A stretch of 62,611 nucleotides of DNA, the filler included, from Diploschistes diacapsis (Eukaryota): assembly GCA_023645945.1 (NCBI GenBank). It is 25 parts of 25 records of this genome, joined end to end, with 100 filler letters (N's around TTAATTAATTAA, not from the genome) between each part and the next. Parts side by side here need not be neighbours in the genome. Positions count along the whole stretch, not along the records: positions 3,377 to 25,659 come from JALAIB010000285.1; positions 25,760 to 27,346 come from JALAIB010002850.1; positions 27,447 to 29,033 come from JALAIB010002851.1; positions 29,134 to 30,717 come from JALAIB010002852.1; positions 30,818 to 32,400 come from JALAIB010002853.1; positions 32,501 to 34,081 come from JALAIB010002854.1; positions 34,182 to 35,762 come from JALAIB010002855.1; positions 35,863 to 37,443 come from JALAIB010002856.1; 17 more parts are not named here. One strand, 5' to 3'. The position numbers and the translations under genes are program-made. Of this stretch, positions 25,538 to 37,543 are shown one piece after another. The notes beneath the pieces were generated by a model that was given only the letters and a program-made list of their open reading frames with translations, had not been told where the DNA came from and ran no database searches. Within the stretch, counting starts at the first letter, position 1. Each line of letters begins with the position of its first letter.

Positions 25538-25659
25538 TCAACTCTCCCTTCCCCTCCCACGCTCCTTGAGCGACCTCTCTAACTCCTCCGTCCCCGTGAG
25601 CCCTTCCGCAAGCACATAAACCACCCTCTTACCACCCCCCAACCCCTCCTCCTCTTCCC
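25538..25659 (-). CDS. Possible 3' end of a gene truncated by the contig edge
   Basis: Open frame EEEEGLGGGKRVVYVLAEGLTGTEELERSLKERGRGRES* with the G-rich codon style seen at other gene 3' ends here. Confidence 0.35.
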
Positions 25660-26160
25660 NNNNNNNNNNNNNNNNNNNNNNNNNNNNNNNNNNNNNNNNN
25701 NNNTTAATTAATTAANNNNNNNNNNNNNNNNNNNNNNNNNNNNNNNNNNNNNNNNNNNNTGCGTTGCCCAAAAATATTATTAAATAAATTATAAATCCGA
25801 ATTAACCTACTCGAATTACTTCGTATAATTATATATTAGGAATAAACTTTCTCGGTAATTAAAACGGTTACGAACGCGGGCACCGCTTACGCTAATTTTA
25901 ATAACCTAAATCGAAGAAATCCGAAAACTTAAGATCTAAATTATAAAACCCTAAGATAAATAAATTTAAAAATAGAAGATATATTATTATAAAAGATCGC
26001 GGGACTTTATTACGCTGGCTAAAGATAGGCCTAAATAAGAAATACTTAATTCCCGGATTTATTATTTACCAGATTAATAAAAAACGACCACTTCTTTTTC
26101 TTCCCGATAAGGATTAAAATTCAGTTAAATCCAATACTGAATTTTATCGATCATCTTAAT

Positions 26161-26465
26161 AACCTTCGAAATCCAGCCGAAACGTTATTTCCGCCGCTAG
26201 AATTTTTCGAATCTCTCGTCAATTTTCGATATTTAATAAAGTCGTTATCTTTTCTACTAAATCTAATCGAATTTCTTATCAACTTTCGAAATCTAACAGA
26301 ATCGTTACTTTCGCTGCTAAACCTTTTTCGATCCTTCGTTAATCTTCGATATCTAATAGTACCGTTATTTACGCTACTAAACCTAGTCGAAACCCTCGAC
26401 AATTATCGAGAATTCAGTTGTATCTATTATTAAACCTATTCGATATTCTTCGACAATCATCGAAA
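26161..26465. repeat. Degenerate 60-bp minisatellite, about 5 units
   Basis: AA(C/T)NNTCGA anchor recurs at 26161, 26221, 26281, 26341 and 26401, with CGTTA and CTA(A/G)A at fixed offsets. Confidence 0.7.
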
Positions 26466-26534
26466 GTTCGGCTGAACTAATACTGAACTTATTCGATCAA
26501 AAAGGGGGAACAAGATGAAGGATAAATTATTTAA

Positions 26535-26872
26535 TAAGCGGATTACTTCGTACGAAGTTACTAATCCACTAGAACTGGCCTAGATCAAAAGATTTAGTTA
26601 AACTAGATATGCTAGACGGTTCCGCCTGAAAGGAAATATTAAACGGATAGATAGAAGGCATGGCAGGCTCGACCCAATTTCGGAGGGCTTAGGTCAGATA
26701 AACCAGGAAGTTTAGTTCAGCTGAACTTCCCTCCTGAACCTGCTGGGATTCTGGCTAGACCGGTTAGGGCAGTAGGGCTTAACGCACACCGTGGAGGATA
26801 AAAGTCTGCACAGTAGGATACTTCCTAGGATAAGACCTCTAGACTTCAATATATCCATTACGTTGCCAAACA
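26535..26872 (-). mobile_element. LTR-like repeat family C (left boundary approximate)
   Basis: Ends GACCTCTAGACTTCAATATATCCATTACGTTGCCAAACA, identical to the end at 47000 and reverse-complementary to 59397 onward. Confidence 0.7.
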
Positions 26873-26971
26873 GATATATATAAACACCGGCGAGTTCCGC
26901 TCAGTAAATACAACGGTATTGAATCAGATAAAGAACGTTCCGAAATAATTAATATAATATAATATGAAAAA

Positions 26972-27138
26972 TGTAACACTCGTGGGCGCACGGGATTCAG
27001 GTCCCCCTGCTGCCACAGCTGCGCACCTACATATAGTGTAATAGGTCAACAGTGCTTTCGGGGTTACTGAAAGCATTGTGGTTAATATTTTGCAGCTCAG
27101 TGGAATAGTTGCTACCTATTAGGCACTTACCCCCGCTG
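26972..27138 (+). mobile_element. LTR-like fragment (family F), interrupted by an LTR A copy
   Basis: Begins TGTAACA, GC-rich and little mutated, with a TATA-like CATATAG and a 13-bp hairpin. Single copy in the window. Confidence 0.4.
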
Positions 27139-27346
27139 TGTTACGATCCGAGGTCCCGACCTCATCACGTCCCAGCCCCTCGTTGTATAGCCCCGGTGAC
27201 GCAGGGTCACGTAACTGATAAACGATTAGTAATAAATATTTGTCGATAATAGCGCTATCGCGACAACTTTATTATCGACGGTTAATTATTATTTAAAATT
27301 ATATAAAAACCGTATTAGAGTTTTTATAAAAGGGGATATATTTATT
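27139..27346 (+). mobile_element. LTR family A, 5' part
   Basis: TGTTACGATC start and GGGTCACGT motif; runs into the contig end. Confidence 0.75.
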
Positions 27347-27446
27347 NNNNNNNNNNNNNNNNNNNNNNNNNNNNNNNNNNNNNNNNNNNNTTAATTAATT
27401 AANNNNNNNNNNNNNNNNNNNNNNNNNNNNNNNNNNNNNNNNNNNN

Positions 27447-27688
27447 ATATAAAAACGCGCTATGGCTCTTATAAGTCGGGATATGTTTATTTTTATAAAT
27501 ATTTTTAACGATCATTCGAGATTAATTTATATTCGTTTACTTCTATTATTAAATAATAATCTTTTTAAAGATTAGTATAGACCTATAACAGATCTACTTC
27601 TTCTCCTTCCATATTCCTCTTCTACCAGAGACCAAACCCACCTTAATCAATACCCCGTGTCTACGTTGTAGAGATAGAGATCATAACA
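27447..27688 (+). mobile_element. LTR family A, 3' part
   Basis: Conserved AGACCAAACCCACCTT...GAGATCATAACA end. Confidence 0.85.
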
Positions 27689-27712
27689 ATAATGTTTCGG
27701 TAAAGACGTTAT

Positions 27713-28587
27713 TGTTATGATCTCTATCTATACAAGGTATACACGAGTAGGATCAAGGTGGGTTTGGTCTCTGTTAGAAGAGGAGTGTGGTAGGAGAAGA
27801 AGATAGAATAATCATAGGTCTTGGATTCTTTCTGGAAAGAAGGCTTTTTAAGTAATAAAGGTAACGAATATAAATTGATCCCGAATAATAACTTAAGATA
27901 TTTATAAAAATAAACACGCCTTAGATTTATAAAGATTATAACGACGTTTTTATATAATTAATAACTTTTTTAATAAAATAAATAAATAGATAAATAGAAT
28001 TATCGTTCTTTCTTTCTACCTACGACTGGGTAGAATGATTTCTTAGACCTTTTATTCATCACGTAACCTTTGTTATCCTCATTAAACTATATATAAGGAA
28101 TGATTGGGAAGTGCCCGACTAGTTATTACGTGCCAAGTACTACCGATTAGTACCTTGGATCGTAATATTATCCCCTTCCTTCAACCTTGTCGGCCCGATA
28201 AGCATCAAAAAGTTAATATAAATATTAAATAAAAGAAAATCTTAAATCGTGGGATAGCGATATCTTCTTTATTTTCGATATAAAAGAAACGTCTAAATTC
28301 TATTATTCGTTTTCGGGGTTTTCTGGACACATTATTTTATAATCATTATTTGTTTTTTTATGATTGTATCAGAATGTTTTCTATCTCGATGAAATATGCT
28401 CGCTATATTAAATTTAATAGAAAGGATTGCGTTTCTATTATATGGAAGGTAATTAAACGGACCATCCTTTCGAAAAAAGACGAGATCGAAAAGGATAAGA
28501 AACTTATTAACGAGGATGATAAGTAAGAGGAGGAGTTGGAAAAACAACTTCGTAAGATTAAAGATCGTCGTTTTTAACGCAAACGTC
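27713..28587 (-). mobile_element. LTR A (27713-28167) with PPT and gypsy 3' internal region
   Basis: Full LTR, then TTATCCCCTTCCTTCAAC (PPT on the minus strand) and the same flank as at 1380 and 36600. Confidence 0.85.
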
Positions 28588-29033
28588 TGTTACGATCCAG
28601 GCTGCTGACCTGTCACGTCCCAGCCACTCACTAAGAAACACTCACTGACGTTCGGGTCACGTGAGTTGTTGGAGCGAGCGGCGCCGCTCCATGCGCTCTA
28701 TAAGAATAATAGGCGGCGCTCCCTCTGTTCCGTAAGAACCATCGCCGGCGTTCCTTTCGTTTTAATAAAAACACAAGGAGCTGATATTAATGCTCTATAG
28801 GAGATTTAGATATATAATTTTTCTTTTAAATATACCTTTATTCGATATGTTTATTTTTAGAAACATTTTTAATTATTATTCGGGATTAATTTATATTCGT
28901 TATTTTTATTATTAGAAAGCTTTCTTTTTAAAAATAATTTAAGATTTATAATTGCTTTACCTTCTTCTCTTATTTATATTTCTTTTCTAAACGAGACCAA
29001 ACTTGTTTTAATTAATACCTCGTGTCTATCTTA
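28588..29033 (+). mobile_element. LTR family A variant with a different U3
   Basis: TGTTACGATCC start, GGGTCACGTGA motif, conserved 3' half. Confidence 0.8.
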
Positions 29034-29133
29034 NNNNNNNNNNNNNNNNNNNNNNNNNNNNNNNNNNNNNNNNNNNNTTAATTAATTAANNNNNNNNNNN
29101 NNNNNNNNNNNNNNNNNNNNNNNNNNNNNNNNN

Positions 29134-29337
29134 ATTCTAGAATTATTAAAATAAAAAAGTTATTTAAAAATATTTCGATAAATACACGGACACGGATATT
29201 ATAATAAAAAAATTTTCGGCACGGACACGAACACGGACATTATATTACAATAAAAACACGGACACGGACACCGCAGCTAAAAAATCTAAAACACTAACAC
29301 TGACACCGCAATATCAGTGTCAATGATGGCCAGCCTA
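29134..29337 (+). mobile_element. ACACGG-repeat non-autonomous element, right end
   Basis: ACACGGAC arrays ending ATGGCCAGCCTA. Confidence 0.8.
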
Positions 29338-29568
29338 TTATAAGGTTTAGCTAAACTGAACTAAACTGAATCTCGATAAATTTATTTAAACTAAACTTCC
29401 AGGGGTTTTTTTTAATAAACTTCTTAGAACGAGCCGAGTTTATAGCCATATTTTCCGTTTATTTATACAAAAATTTTCTATAAACGGACTTATCTAGTAT
29501 ATTAGTTTAATTAGATATCTTTTAAATTAAGATCGATTGACTTTTATAAAGATATCATGTTTTAAATA
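29338..29568 (+). mobile_element. LTR-like family C, internal and 3' fragment
   Basis: Aligns by eye to 59545-59770. Confidence 0.65.
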
Positions 29569-29789
29569 ACGTGTTTGACGGGGAAGTGGGCCACCTCCAG
29601 GAGTGGGCCACCTCAAATCACTACTGCTATCATTCTACGGTTTTTAGATATAACCTATTCGTCGAAATTGAAATCTAATCGATTTAAATCGAATCTATTT
29701 TCCTCTTCTTTATCCTTCTCGATTTTAGAAACGCGACGACGTTTTTTACGCATTATAAATCGTTTCGAAATTAATCGACTCGATTTAAC
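29569..29789 (-). mobile_element. Fot1/pogo DNA transposon right end
   Basis: TA|ACGTG terminus with two TGGGCCACC direct repeats; same body as 46300-46510 and 47004-47140. Confidence 0.75.
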
Positions 29790-30244
29790 TGTTACGATCC
29801 AAGGTACTAGGCGGTAGTACTTGGTACGCAACAGCTAGTCGGGCACTTCCTAACTATTCTTTATATATAGTCCAATTAGGGTGACACGGGTCACGTGACG
29901 AGTAAAAAGTCTAGAAGACTATTCTATTTAATCGTGAATAAAAAGAAAGAACGGTAATTTTATTCATTTATTCATCTATTTTATTAAAGGAATTATTAAT
30001 TATATAAAAACGTCGTTATAATTTTTATAAATTTAAAACGTGTTTATTTTTATAAACATCTTTAATCATTATTCGGGATTAATCTATATTCGTTACTTCT
30101 ATTCTTAAAGAGCCTTCTTTCCAGAGATAGTCTAAAACCTATAACTACTCTACCTTCTTCTCCTACTTGCACTCCTCTTCTAACAGAGACCAAACCCACC
30201 TTGACTCTACTCGTGTATACCTTGTATAGATAGAGATCATAACA
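29790..30244 (+). mobile_element. LTR family A, full 455-bp copy
   Basis: TGTTACGATC...GATCATAACA. Confidence 0.9.
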
Positions 30245-30717
30245 GAATACTATCTTAAAGATCAATAAGAGCTTATACGAATTAAAACAGGTAACAAAAA
30301 ATTAATATAAGGAATGCGATAATACAATCCTAAACCTAGGATTCAAAAGATACGACGCCGATTTTTATATCTTTATCTTATAAGGTCGAAAGTTATTAAT
30401 TGGTCTATAAGTCGACGACATCATCGTGGTAATATCTAAATTATAAGACGTGAACTGGTTTAAGAAAACCTTCGCTGAACGCTATAAGATTAAAGATTTA
30501 AAAAAGATTAAAAAGATTCTAAAAATGAGAGTTCAGCGAAAACGCTAAAAAGTAATTCAGCTAAACCTTGACCAAGAATCTTACGTTAAAAAGATGATCG
30601 ATCGGTTTAAGATGACAACGGACACGCATAAAGATCAAATGATTTTATTTAATAGATACAACGGTATTAAATAAAGCGACTCGTCTAAACTAACGGATAA
30701 GATTTAATATTAAGAAA
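30245..30717 (+). mobile_element. Ty1/copia reverse transcriptase relic
   Basis: LKINKSLY(G)LKQ...LGFKR.DAD..IF...LIGL*VDDIIV...YKIKDL...KILKMRV. Confidence 0.85.
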
Positions 30718-30817
30718 NNNNNNNNNNNNNNNNNNNNNNNNNNNNNNNNNNNNNNNNNNNNTTAATTAATTAANNNNNNNNNNNNNNNNNNNNNNNNNNN
30801 NNNNNNNNNNNNNNNNN

Positions 30818-31148
30818 TTATATTTCCGTGAATCTACTAACACGGACACTATACTGCAGTGAAAGCACGGAAATACTTTTTTTTTTTTAATATTTTTAAA
30901 ATTATCACGCTTATTTCTCACGCTTTTATTTTTTAAAAATTATTTTTAAAAACACGGACACGGACACGGACACCGCAATTAAAAATTTTAAAACACGGAC
31001 ACTGACACGGACACTGCATTTCCGTGAATCCACGGACACGGACACCGTAATTAAAAAATCTAAAACACGGATATTGATACGGACACTGCATTTCCGTGAA
31101 TCCACGGACACTGACACGGCCGTGTCAGTGTCAGTGACGGCCAGCCTA
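30818..31148 (+). mobile_element. ACACGG-repeat element, right end
   Basis: 72-bp units, 26-bp palindrome at 31107-31132, terminus GACGGCCAGCCTA. Confidence 0.85.
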
Positions 31149-31150
31149 GG

Positions 31151-31523
31151 TGAAAATCGAGGTATAATGTGACTAAAAGGAACATCGCGCTTGTAGAGAC
31201 ACAAGCATTTAGAAAGAAAGGTAGTAAGATAGATCGGCCCAGGCGCCTGCCAAGCCACCAGGGTCACATGACGGCAAAATCACAAAGCGGGTGCCAACCG
31301 TGCCAAGGATGTTAGGGGGTGGCTGTGTAGGCGGGTAAAACCCGAACCCCGTAGGGCTGGCACCTACATACTATTTATTCCTACCACCCTCCCATTTAGA
31401 TAATTTCTTCTCTAGCTTTTCGAACCGAGACCTTTTACCTATAAATGCCCAGCTACACGTAATCCTTCCGGTTCAGGCCCAGCCCCCGGTAGTATAATAT
31501 CCCATTCCTGCGCTGGCGTTTCA
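31151..31523 (+). mobile_element. LTR family B (373 bp)
   Basis: TGAAA...TTTCA termini; reverse copies start at 41985 and 56657. Confidence 0.75.
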
Positions 31524-32258
31524 AGATAATAAAAAAAGTTTCGTACGTACTTAAAAGACGATCGGATCGTCTGCCGTACCAAATCCTTTTAATAATAGCG
31601 GTCTTCTTTTTATTTTTATTATCTTTATTTCTTTTTCCGGTTCCTTTATTTCTAAGATCGGTATAACTGACTTATCGTTAGAAGACGAGTCGGATGAATT
31701 ATCGTATTAATCTTTATTCTCGTATAATTATCCGTATCTTACGAAATGGTCCCGTTATTTATAATTAACGTAACATTTATCGAAATAATTAATTAAGCGG
31801 CGGTATTTCGGGAAAGACGTGAGATTACGTCGGCGATATTCGGTATATCGTACGCCACGCGTACGATCACGAAATTAAATAAGAACCGTGTTTACGTACG
31901 AAATTCGATACGATTTAATTTATTTAAATATAATACGTTCTCGTACGAAAGTAATATTAATATCGAGTAAAATAAGAATCGTACGTTACGTTACGTTATA
32001 AACGAAGCCCGTTAATTGTTATCTTTCGACGACGAGCCAGTCGTACGGACATCTTTTTCTTCCTTTTCTTATTATATCTGTTTTTTTTATTATTATTATA
32101 CCGCCGCGGTCATTGGGGGGGATTTAGTGTATTATCGCTTTATAAGAATATTAGCTTCGTATATAGTAACGAGATAGATTTATATTATAAAGAAATATTT
32201 TCATAAATTAAAAAAGGGCCGAAAAACGGCCGCGTAGGGGTGAGAATGGGGTAATAAT

Positions 32259-32400
32259 GGCTGGCCGTTTCGTGCCACGGACACTTCTACGGACACTACC
32301 GAGAAAATTTTAAAACACGATACTGCCACGGACACTACCGCTAAAATTTTAAAACACGAACACTTCCACGGACACTACACTATAATAAAAACATGGACAC
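32259..32400 (+). mobile_element. ACACGG-repeat element, left end
   Basis: GGCTGGCCGTTTCGTGCCACGG followed by repeats. Confidence 0.8.
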
Positions 32401-32500
32401 NNNNNNNNNNNNNNNNNNNNNNNNNNNNNNNNNNNNNNNNNNNNTTAATTAATTAANNNNNNNNNNNNNNNNNNNNNNNNNNNNNNNNNNNNNNNNNNNN

Positions 32501-33710
32501 GAAAAGGTTGAACATAAAAATATAATCGTTTTTTATATCTTATAATAACCGTCGGGGGATATATTACGACTTATTTTCAGAATATTCTCGACCTTATATT
32601 ATATTCCTTGCGAGCGCGATTCGCTGCCGTTTGGCCTACGAGGCACTATCTCGACCATAACGGGTAATCTTTATAATTATAATTTACGCATTTATAGCCT
32701 TAGAATTATTCTTTTATCGAATAAACGTTCGTTTTATAAATCGTGCCCGCGTAAAATCCGTAATGCTTCGATCGTCCGTAACGGGTTATTATATATTTAA
32801 AGTTATAATAATTAAAACATTATATGATTCGATAGTTTTCGTGGAATGATTCGTAATCGTAAATTTTATTATTTTAGAAAAGATTTTCCGTTATTAACCT
32901 ATTAATTACTTCCGGCGTTCCGACTGCAATAAATAATGAATTAATTTTTTTTCCGTTTATTAAAATTCGCTTTTTTTATACTATTCGACGTATTATATTT
33001 CTTAAATTCGGGTTTATTTTATTAATAACGTGTACCGTCGCGTTTTATTTCGTAATATTTACGGAACTTATTCGTATTTTATACGTTATTATTATAAATT
33101 CTTTTCGTATTGTTTTCGCTTTTCGTCCGAATATCGTTGTTTATTTTTTTATTTTCTCGATTATGTTTCTTATTCTTTTTTAATTTATTACGAATCTTAC
33201 GTTCCCGTTAAAGAACCGTCGGGTTATAATAATATTCTTTATTTTAATCTTTTTCGTGTCCGTTACCAACTCGGGTCTATTCCGTTGCCTTTCCGTTTAT
33301 ATTTTATTTTTTAACCGAATTATAATTTTTCTAATCGTTCTTTTTGATATTTCTATTATCTTATTCTTTCTCCCGAGGGAGGCACCCGTTATTTAAGTTT
33401 AGTTTTTATTCTTAGTGTTACTACGGTTGTTTTTTTACTTTTCTATAATTCTTTATATCGTTTTTATATTTTTTTAATTGTGTTTAATTTTTCTTTTAAT
33501 TTCGACGCGTTTTTTTTGCGGTTAGATTCCGGCGCGTCGGTGCTGTTCCCGCGTTTTCGCTTCCGTTATTATAATTTAGAATTATGTTAGTCTTTCGTTT
33601 TGTTTTGTTTTCACGTATGCCTCGATTGCTTGTATTGCGTCTTTTAATCTGTCCTTTGCGTTCGAGCTCCCCGCCGGCCCGCCTGCGCGGTCCTGCTGGG
33701 GATAAAGATC
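32501..33710 (-). mobile_element. Non-LTR (Tad-like LINE) ORF1 relic
   Basis: Reverting RIP changes at 32640-32830 gives three knuckles, QCFNC..FGH....C.....CGFCA...H....C........KC.NC....H..WSR.C, the fungal LINE ORF1 pattern. Confidence 0.7.
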
Positions 33711-33979
33711 GAAATTCGTATAAAAGAGACTGATATATTAAACAAAAAATAAAAGTCGTACGAAAGAGGTTAAATTACGCGTATGACGCTATAATAAATA
33801 TAATTAGTTCGAGTATAATGCGCGAAATTGCGAAATAGACTTTATAGTTTCTAAGGAAGATATTGATAATTAATATAATGAATTATCGTAAGAATTAATT
33901 GCGTAAATATAATTGCAACTCGTACGAATCGAGAAGGGTATCCGTTCGCTATGAGTGTCCGCTCGCTATGCATATACGT
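33711..33979 (-). mobile_element. Fot1/pogo-type terminus (second family)
   Basis: Minus strand TA|ACGTATATGCATAGCGAGCGGACACTCATAGCGAACGGA: ACGT end with paired direct repeats. Confidence 0.6.
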
Positions 33980-34368
33980 TAGTTAAATTCCTTATTTAGA
34001 TAAGGAATTAATTAAGCATATTTTTATAGACAGTTAATCAGCGATCGAGCTAGCGAAATACCCTGTACATCATAAGCGGACNNNNNNNNNNNNNNNNNNN
34101 NNNNNNNNNNNNNNNNNNNNNNNNNTTAATTAATTAANNNNNNNNNNNNNNNNNNNNNNNNNNNNNNNNNNNNNNNNNNNNCCCAACAAGACGGTAGGGC
34201 CCCATGCGCCATGCTGGACGTAGAGTGCGGTGGAAAGAGGAAATGGATTGCTTCTGTAGAAGACGACGGCATTGCGCTCCGCCCCCTTCCTCTTTTTCTC
34301 GGCCGCCCTCCACTTCTTACATCCCGGGGCCCCCCTTGCCAAAACCACCTGCTCCCCCTTTTCAAAGC

Positions 34369-35762
34369 TCAAGCCAGCGTCCTACCCACAACTCCAAGCA
34401 GCCACCTCGCATCTCGCAATACCCCCGCTCCCTCGCCCTCCGGCGCCGGTACGCTGTCGCCACGCCCCTCTCCCAGCACAGTCGTCTCAGCGTGCCTAAG
34501 CTCCTCCCTCCTCCTCCTCCTCTTCTCCCTCTCCTCCCTCCTCTTTTCCCTTTCTACTTCTTTTCCCGCCTTCGCACTCTTTCCCGCATCATGCCTTTCC
34601 CCACTGTCTGCGCGGGAACCGCCTTCGCCATGTCCTCCTTCTGCTCCTGCATCCCCATCTTCCTCTTCCCCAAGCGCAACGCCCTCAAGCCCATCCCTCC
34701 AATCCATCCACCCAACCGCCCAATCCACCCACCCGCCTACCCTGCCCCAGACCAATCTCTTCAGCTCCGACTCTTCCGCGTCCAGATCCTCGTCGTCTTC
34801 GTCGCCAAGCAGCTCTCCCTCCCAGTCGTCCTCCTCATCAGCGAAATCAACGCCCAGGCTCTCAAAGTAATCCACCGCGCTCCTCCCGCCAGGTCCCACT
34901 TCCCCCTCTTCTTCTTCTTCTTCTTCTTCCTCCCCCGGCGTCCGTATGCCCGAAGACGTCATCAGATTGACCCTGCTCCCCCTCTTACTGCCCTTCCTAG
35001 TCCCCCCCAGGCCCGCTCCGCCAGCATGGGTGTAGGAGTAGGAATACCTCGATCCACCGCCGTTTTCGTCAGCCGACGCGACCGACGGCGCCAGGCTTTC
35101 CCTTCTCGTCTGCGCCCTGCTCGAAGCCAGGCTCAACCCCTCTGCCTCCCTCCTGCCATGCGGCTGCCGAATGGCCTCGAAGTGGAAGCCCTCGCGCTCG
35201 ACGTGCGGCGTGCCAACGAGCGACGTCGACGCGCTCCGCGCCGCAAGCCAGAGCTGGCCCTTGGACTCGGCCGTCTGGCGCGCCAGCATTGTCGCCGTGG
35301 CGAGCAGCCAGCTGTGCTCGTCCGCCGCTCCTCCTCCTGTCCCCCATCCAGCTCCTTTGGCGCCGCTCGATCTCGAGCGATAATGGCCCGCACCCGCACC
35401 CGCGGCCGAAGAGCTCCGGGGTGTCCTCGCTTTCGCATGATATTGGCCGGCGGCGGCGACGGAGGAAGACGAGGAGGCGTCGAGGCGGCGCAAGTTCCCC
35501 GCGGACTGGGAGCTCGCGAGGAGGGCCCTCTGGACGCGCGCGCCGGCGTCGGCGTCCGCGGGGACGTGCATGTCTGTCAGCGCCAGCATGCTTTTGAACG
35601 CGCGCCGCGGCCGTGTTCTCGACGTGCTGCGAGAGCCGGCGCGCGAGAGCACGCCGCCGCCGGCATCGGAGCGGGCGGGCGAGTGGTGGGGGCTGTGGAG
35701 GTAGCTTTTTGGGGTTTGTGAATTGGACGGTGGGCGCGAGGCGGGGCGCGAGGAGGAGGAAG
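34369..35762 (-). CDS. DUF3984-like fungal hypothetical protein, 5'-truncated
   Basis: Open to the contig edge. Motifs SYL...GVLSR, WLL......L.....ESKGQ.WL..R.ASTSL, DF.D-acidic tract, ELKRL...VGGWVDWAVGW. Confidence 0.75.
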
Positions 35763-35862
35763 NNNNNNNNNNNNNNNNNNNNNNNNNNNNNNNNNNNNNN
35801 NNNNNNTTAATTAATTAANNNNNNNNNNNNNNNNNNNNNNNNNNNNNNNNNNNNNNNNNNNN

Positions 35863-37106
35863 GATAGATATTTAGTTAAATGGAAAGATTATTTAAAATC
35901 GAAGATGATATGGGAACTTAAGAAAAACCTAAAAAACTATAAAATAAAGTTAATAAAATTTTACGATATTAATAGATCTATTATTAAAGATAATTGGGAT
36001 TGAAGATGGAGAGTTTACGGAATATACGTATATTTAGTATAAAAATTAATCAGTCGGGATAAAGGCCTCGTCCCCTAACTCCTAGTTTATCTTAGATAAA
36101 GATATCGAGGTAAGTTGCCGAAAAGATTTCTCGAAAGTAATATTAAAAATAACGTTCAGTCGTTCGCTTTCCGATAAATTACCGGTAGCTTCGCGGGTAG
36201 TATCTTTTTTTATAATTTTTTTTGACACGTAGGATATCTTATCTTCCGCTCGTTTTTGGATGCGTTCCAGAATTTTTCGAAGACGACGACGCTTTGTTTG
36301 GCTCTTTACTATCTGCGAAAGCAAGCGTTCGCCGCGTTTTTCCTTTTTTTATAACTAACGACATGTATCCGAGTAAGAACGATCGATGGAATTTTAGGAA
36401 ACGTTAATATATTTTTTACTAATTCTAGCACATTCTGCGCATTTAATAGATTTTAAGGGCATCTTATAACAGTCCTTACTCAGTCGAAAATAGTTTTAAT
36501 AGAAAAAAGAATCAAGGAATCTAAATCGGTAGATATGGTCGGTTAGGCGGTGGTTGCGAAGAATTAAAAAAGATATCGTTGTCTCACGACTTGGGATTTT
36601 ATTTTATTTAATATTTATGTTAGATCCTTCGGCGAATCATCGGGCCGATGATGTTGAAGGAAGGGGATAGTGTTACGGTTCAAGTAACTACTGGGTAGTT
36701 TATTTAGCACGTCCTAGCTTCTTTATATATAGATTAATCGCGGTGGCACGGGTCACATGATCGACAGACGACGGCCGACAGCTGTCTAGTAGTTGGCATC
36801 TAACGGTTATTAGATAGACGGCGCCGGCCGGCTGATATCTGATATTTGGCGATATTGGGTCTATATAAGAATGTTACCGCGAGTTCTCTTTAAGTTTTAG
36901 TATATTTACTTTTATAAATATCTTTAGTTATTATTCGGGATCAATCTATATTCGTTATTTCTATTATTAGAAAGCTTTCTTTTTAGAGATAGTTTAAGAT
37001 CTATAACTGCTCTACCTTCTTTTCTTGCTTGCACTCCTCTTCTAACAGAGATCAAACCCACCTTAACTCTACTCGTGTATACCTTGTATAGATAGAGATC
37101 ATAACA
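35863..37106 (+). mobile_element. Ty3/gypsy chromovirus 3' end: chromodomain, PPT and 3' LTR A (36671-37106)
   Basis: RYLVKWKDY...MIWEL..NL chromodomain at 35866-35970; PPT GAAGGAAGGGGATAG abuts TGTTACG. Confidence 0.88.
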
Positions 37107-37543
37107 CTTTTCTATTTATATACGACCCCTTTCTCGATAGTTCGCTGCCCTATAACGAACTCTATATAGATCTTATTAACAAGAAACTTCCATCCAGCTA
37201 TCTATATCTCAATATAGTCCTATACCTTCCAGATAACCGAAATACTTAAAGATCTATTATCTTTAATATTTCCTTTTCGACGTAACTATACTTTTGGACG
37301 TAATAATAATCTTGAACCTATTTCCTTATGTCCCATTATCTCGAATCACAGCAGTACAGAAAGGCGGTAATTATTTAAAAATATCCCTAACTTCCACCGT
37401 ATTTCTACCATCCGTAAATACCCTTCCAAAAACATTTCTATCCNNNNNNNNNNNNNNNNNNNNNNNNNNNNNNNNNNNNNNNNNNNNTTAATTAATTAAN
37501 NNNNNNNNNNNNNNNNNNNNNNNNNNNNNNNNNNNNNNNNNNN

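Noticed and set aside
33986..34009. 10-bp hairpin AATTCCTTAT-TTAG-ATAAGGAATT
   Set aside because: Short, AT-rich and single copy, so plausible by chance or as transposon debris.
34204..35721. Long antisense ORFs (505 aa here; also 17560-18748, 51541-52492, 4162-4603)
   Set aside because: Shadow frames of GC-rich or low-complexity real genes on the opposite strand.
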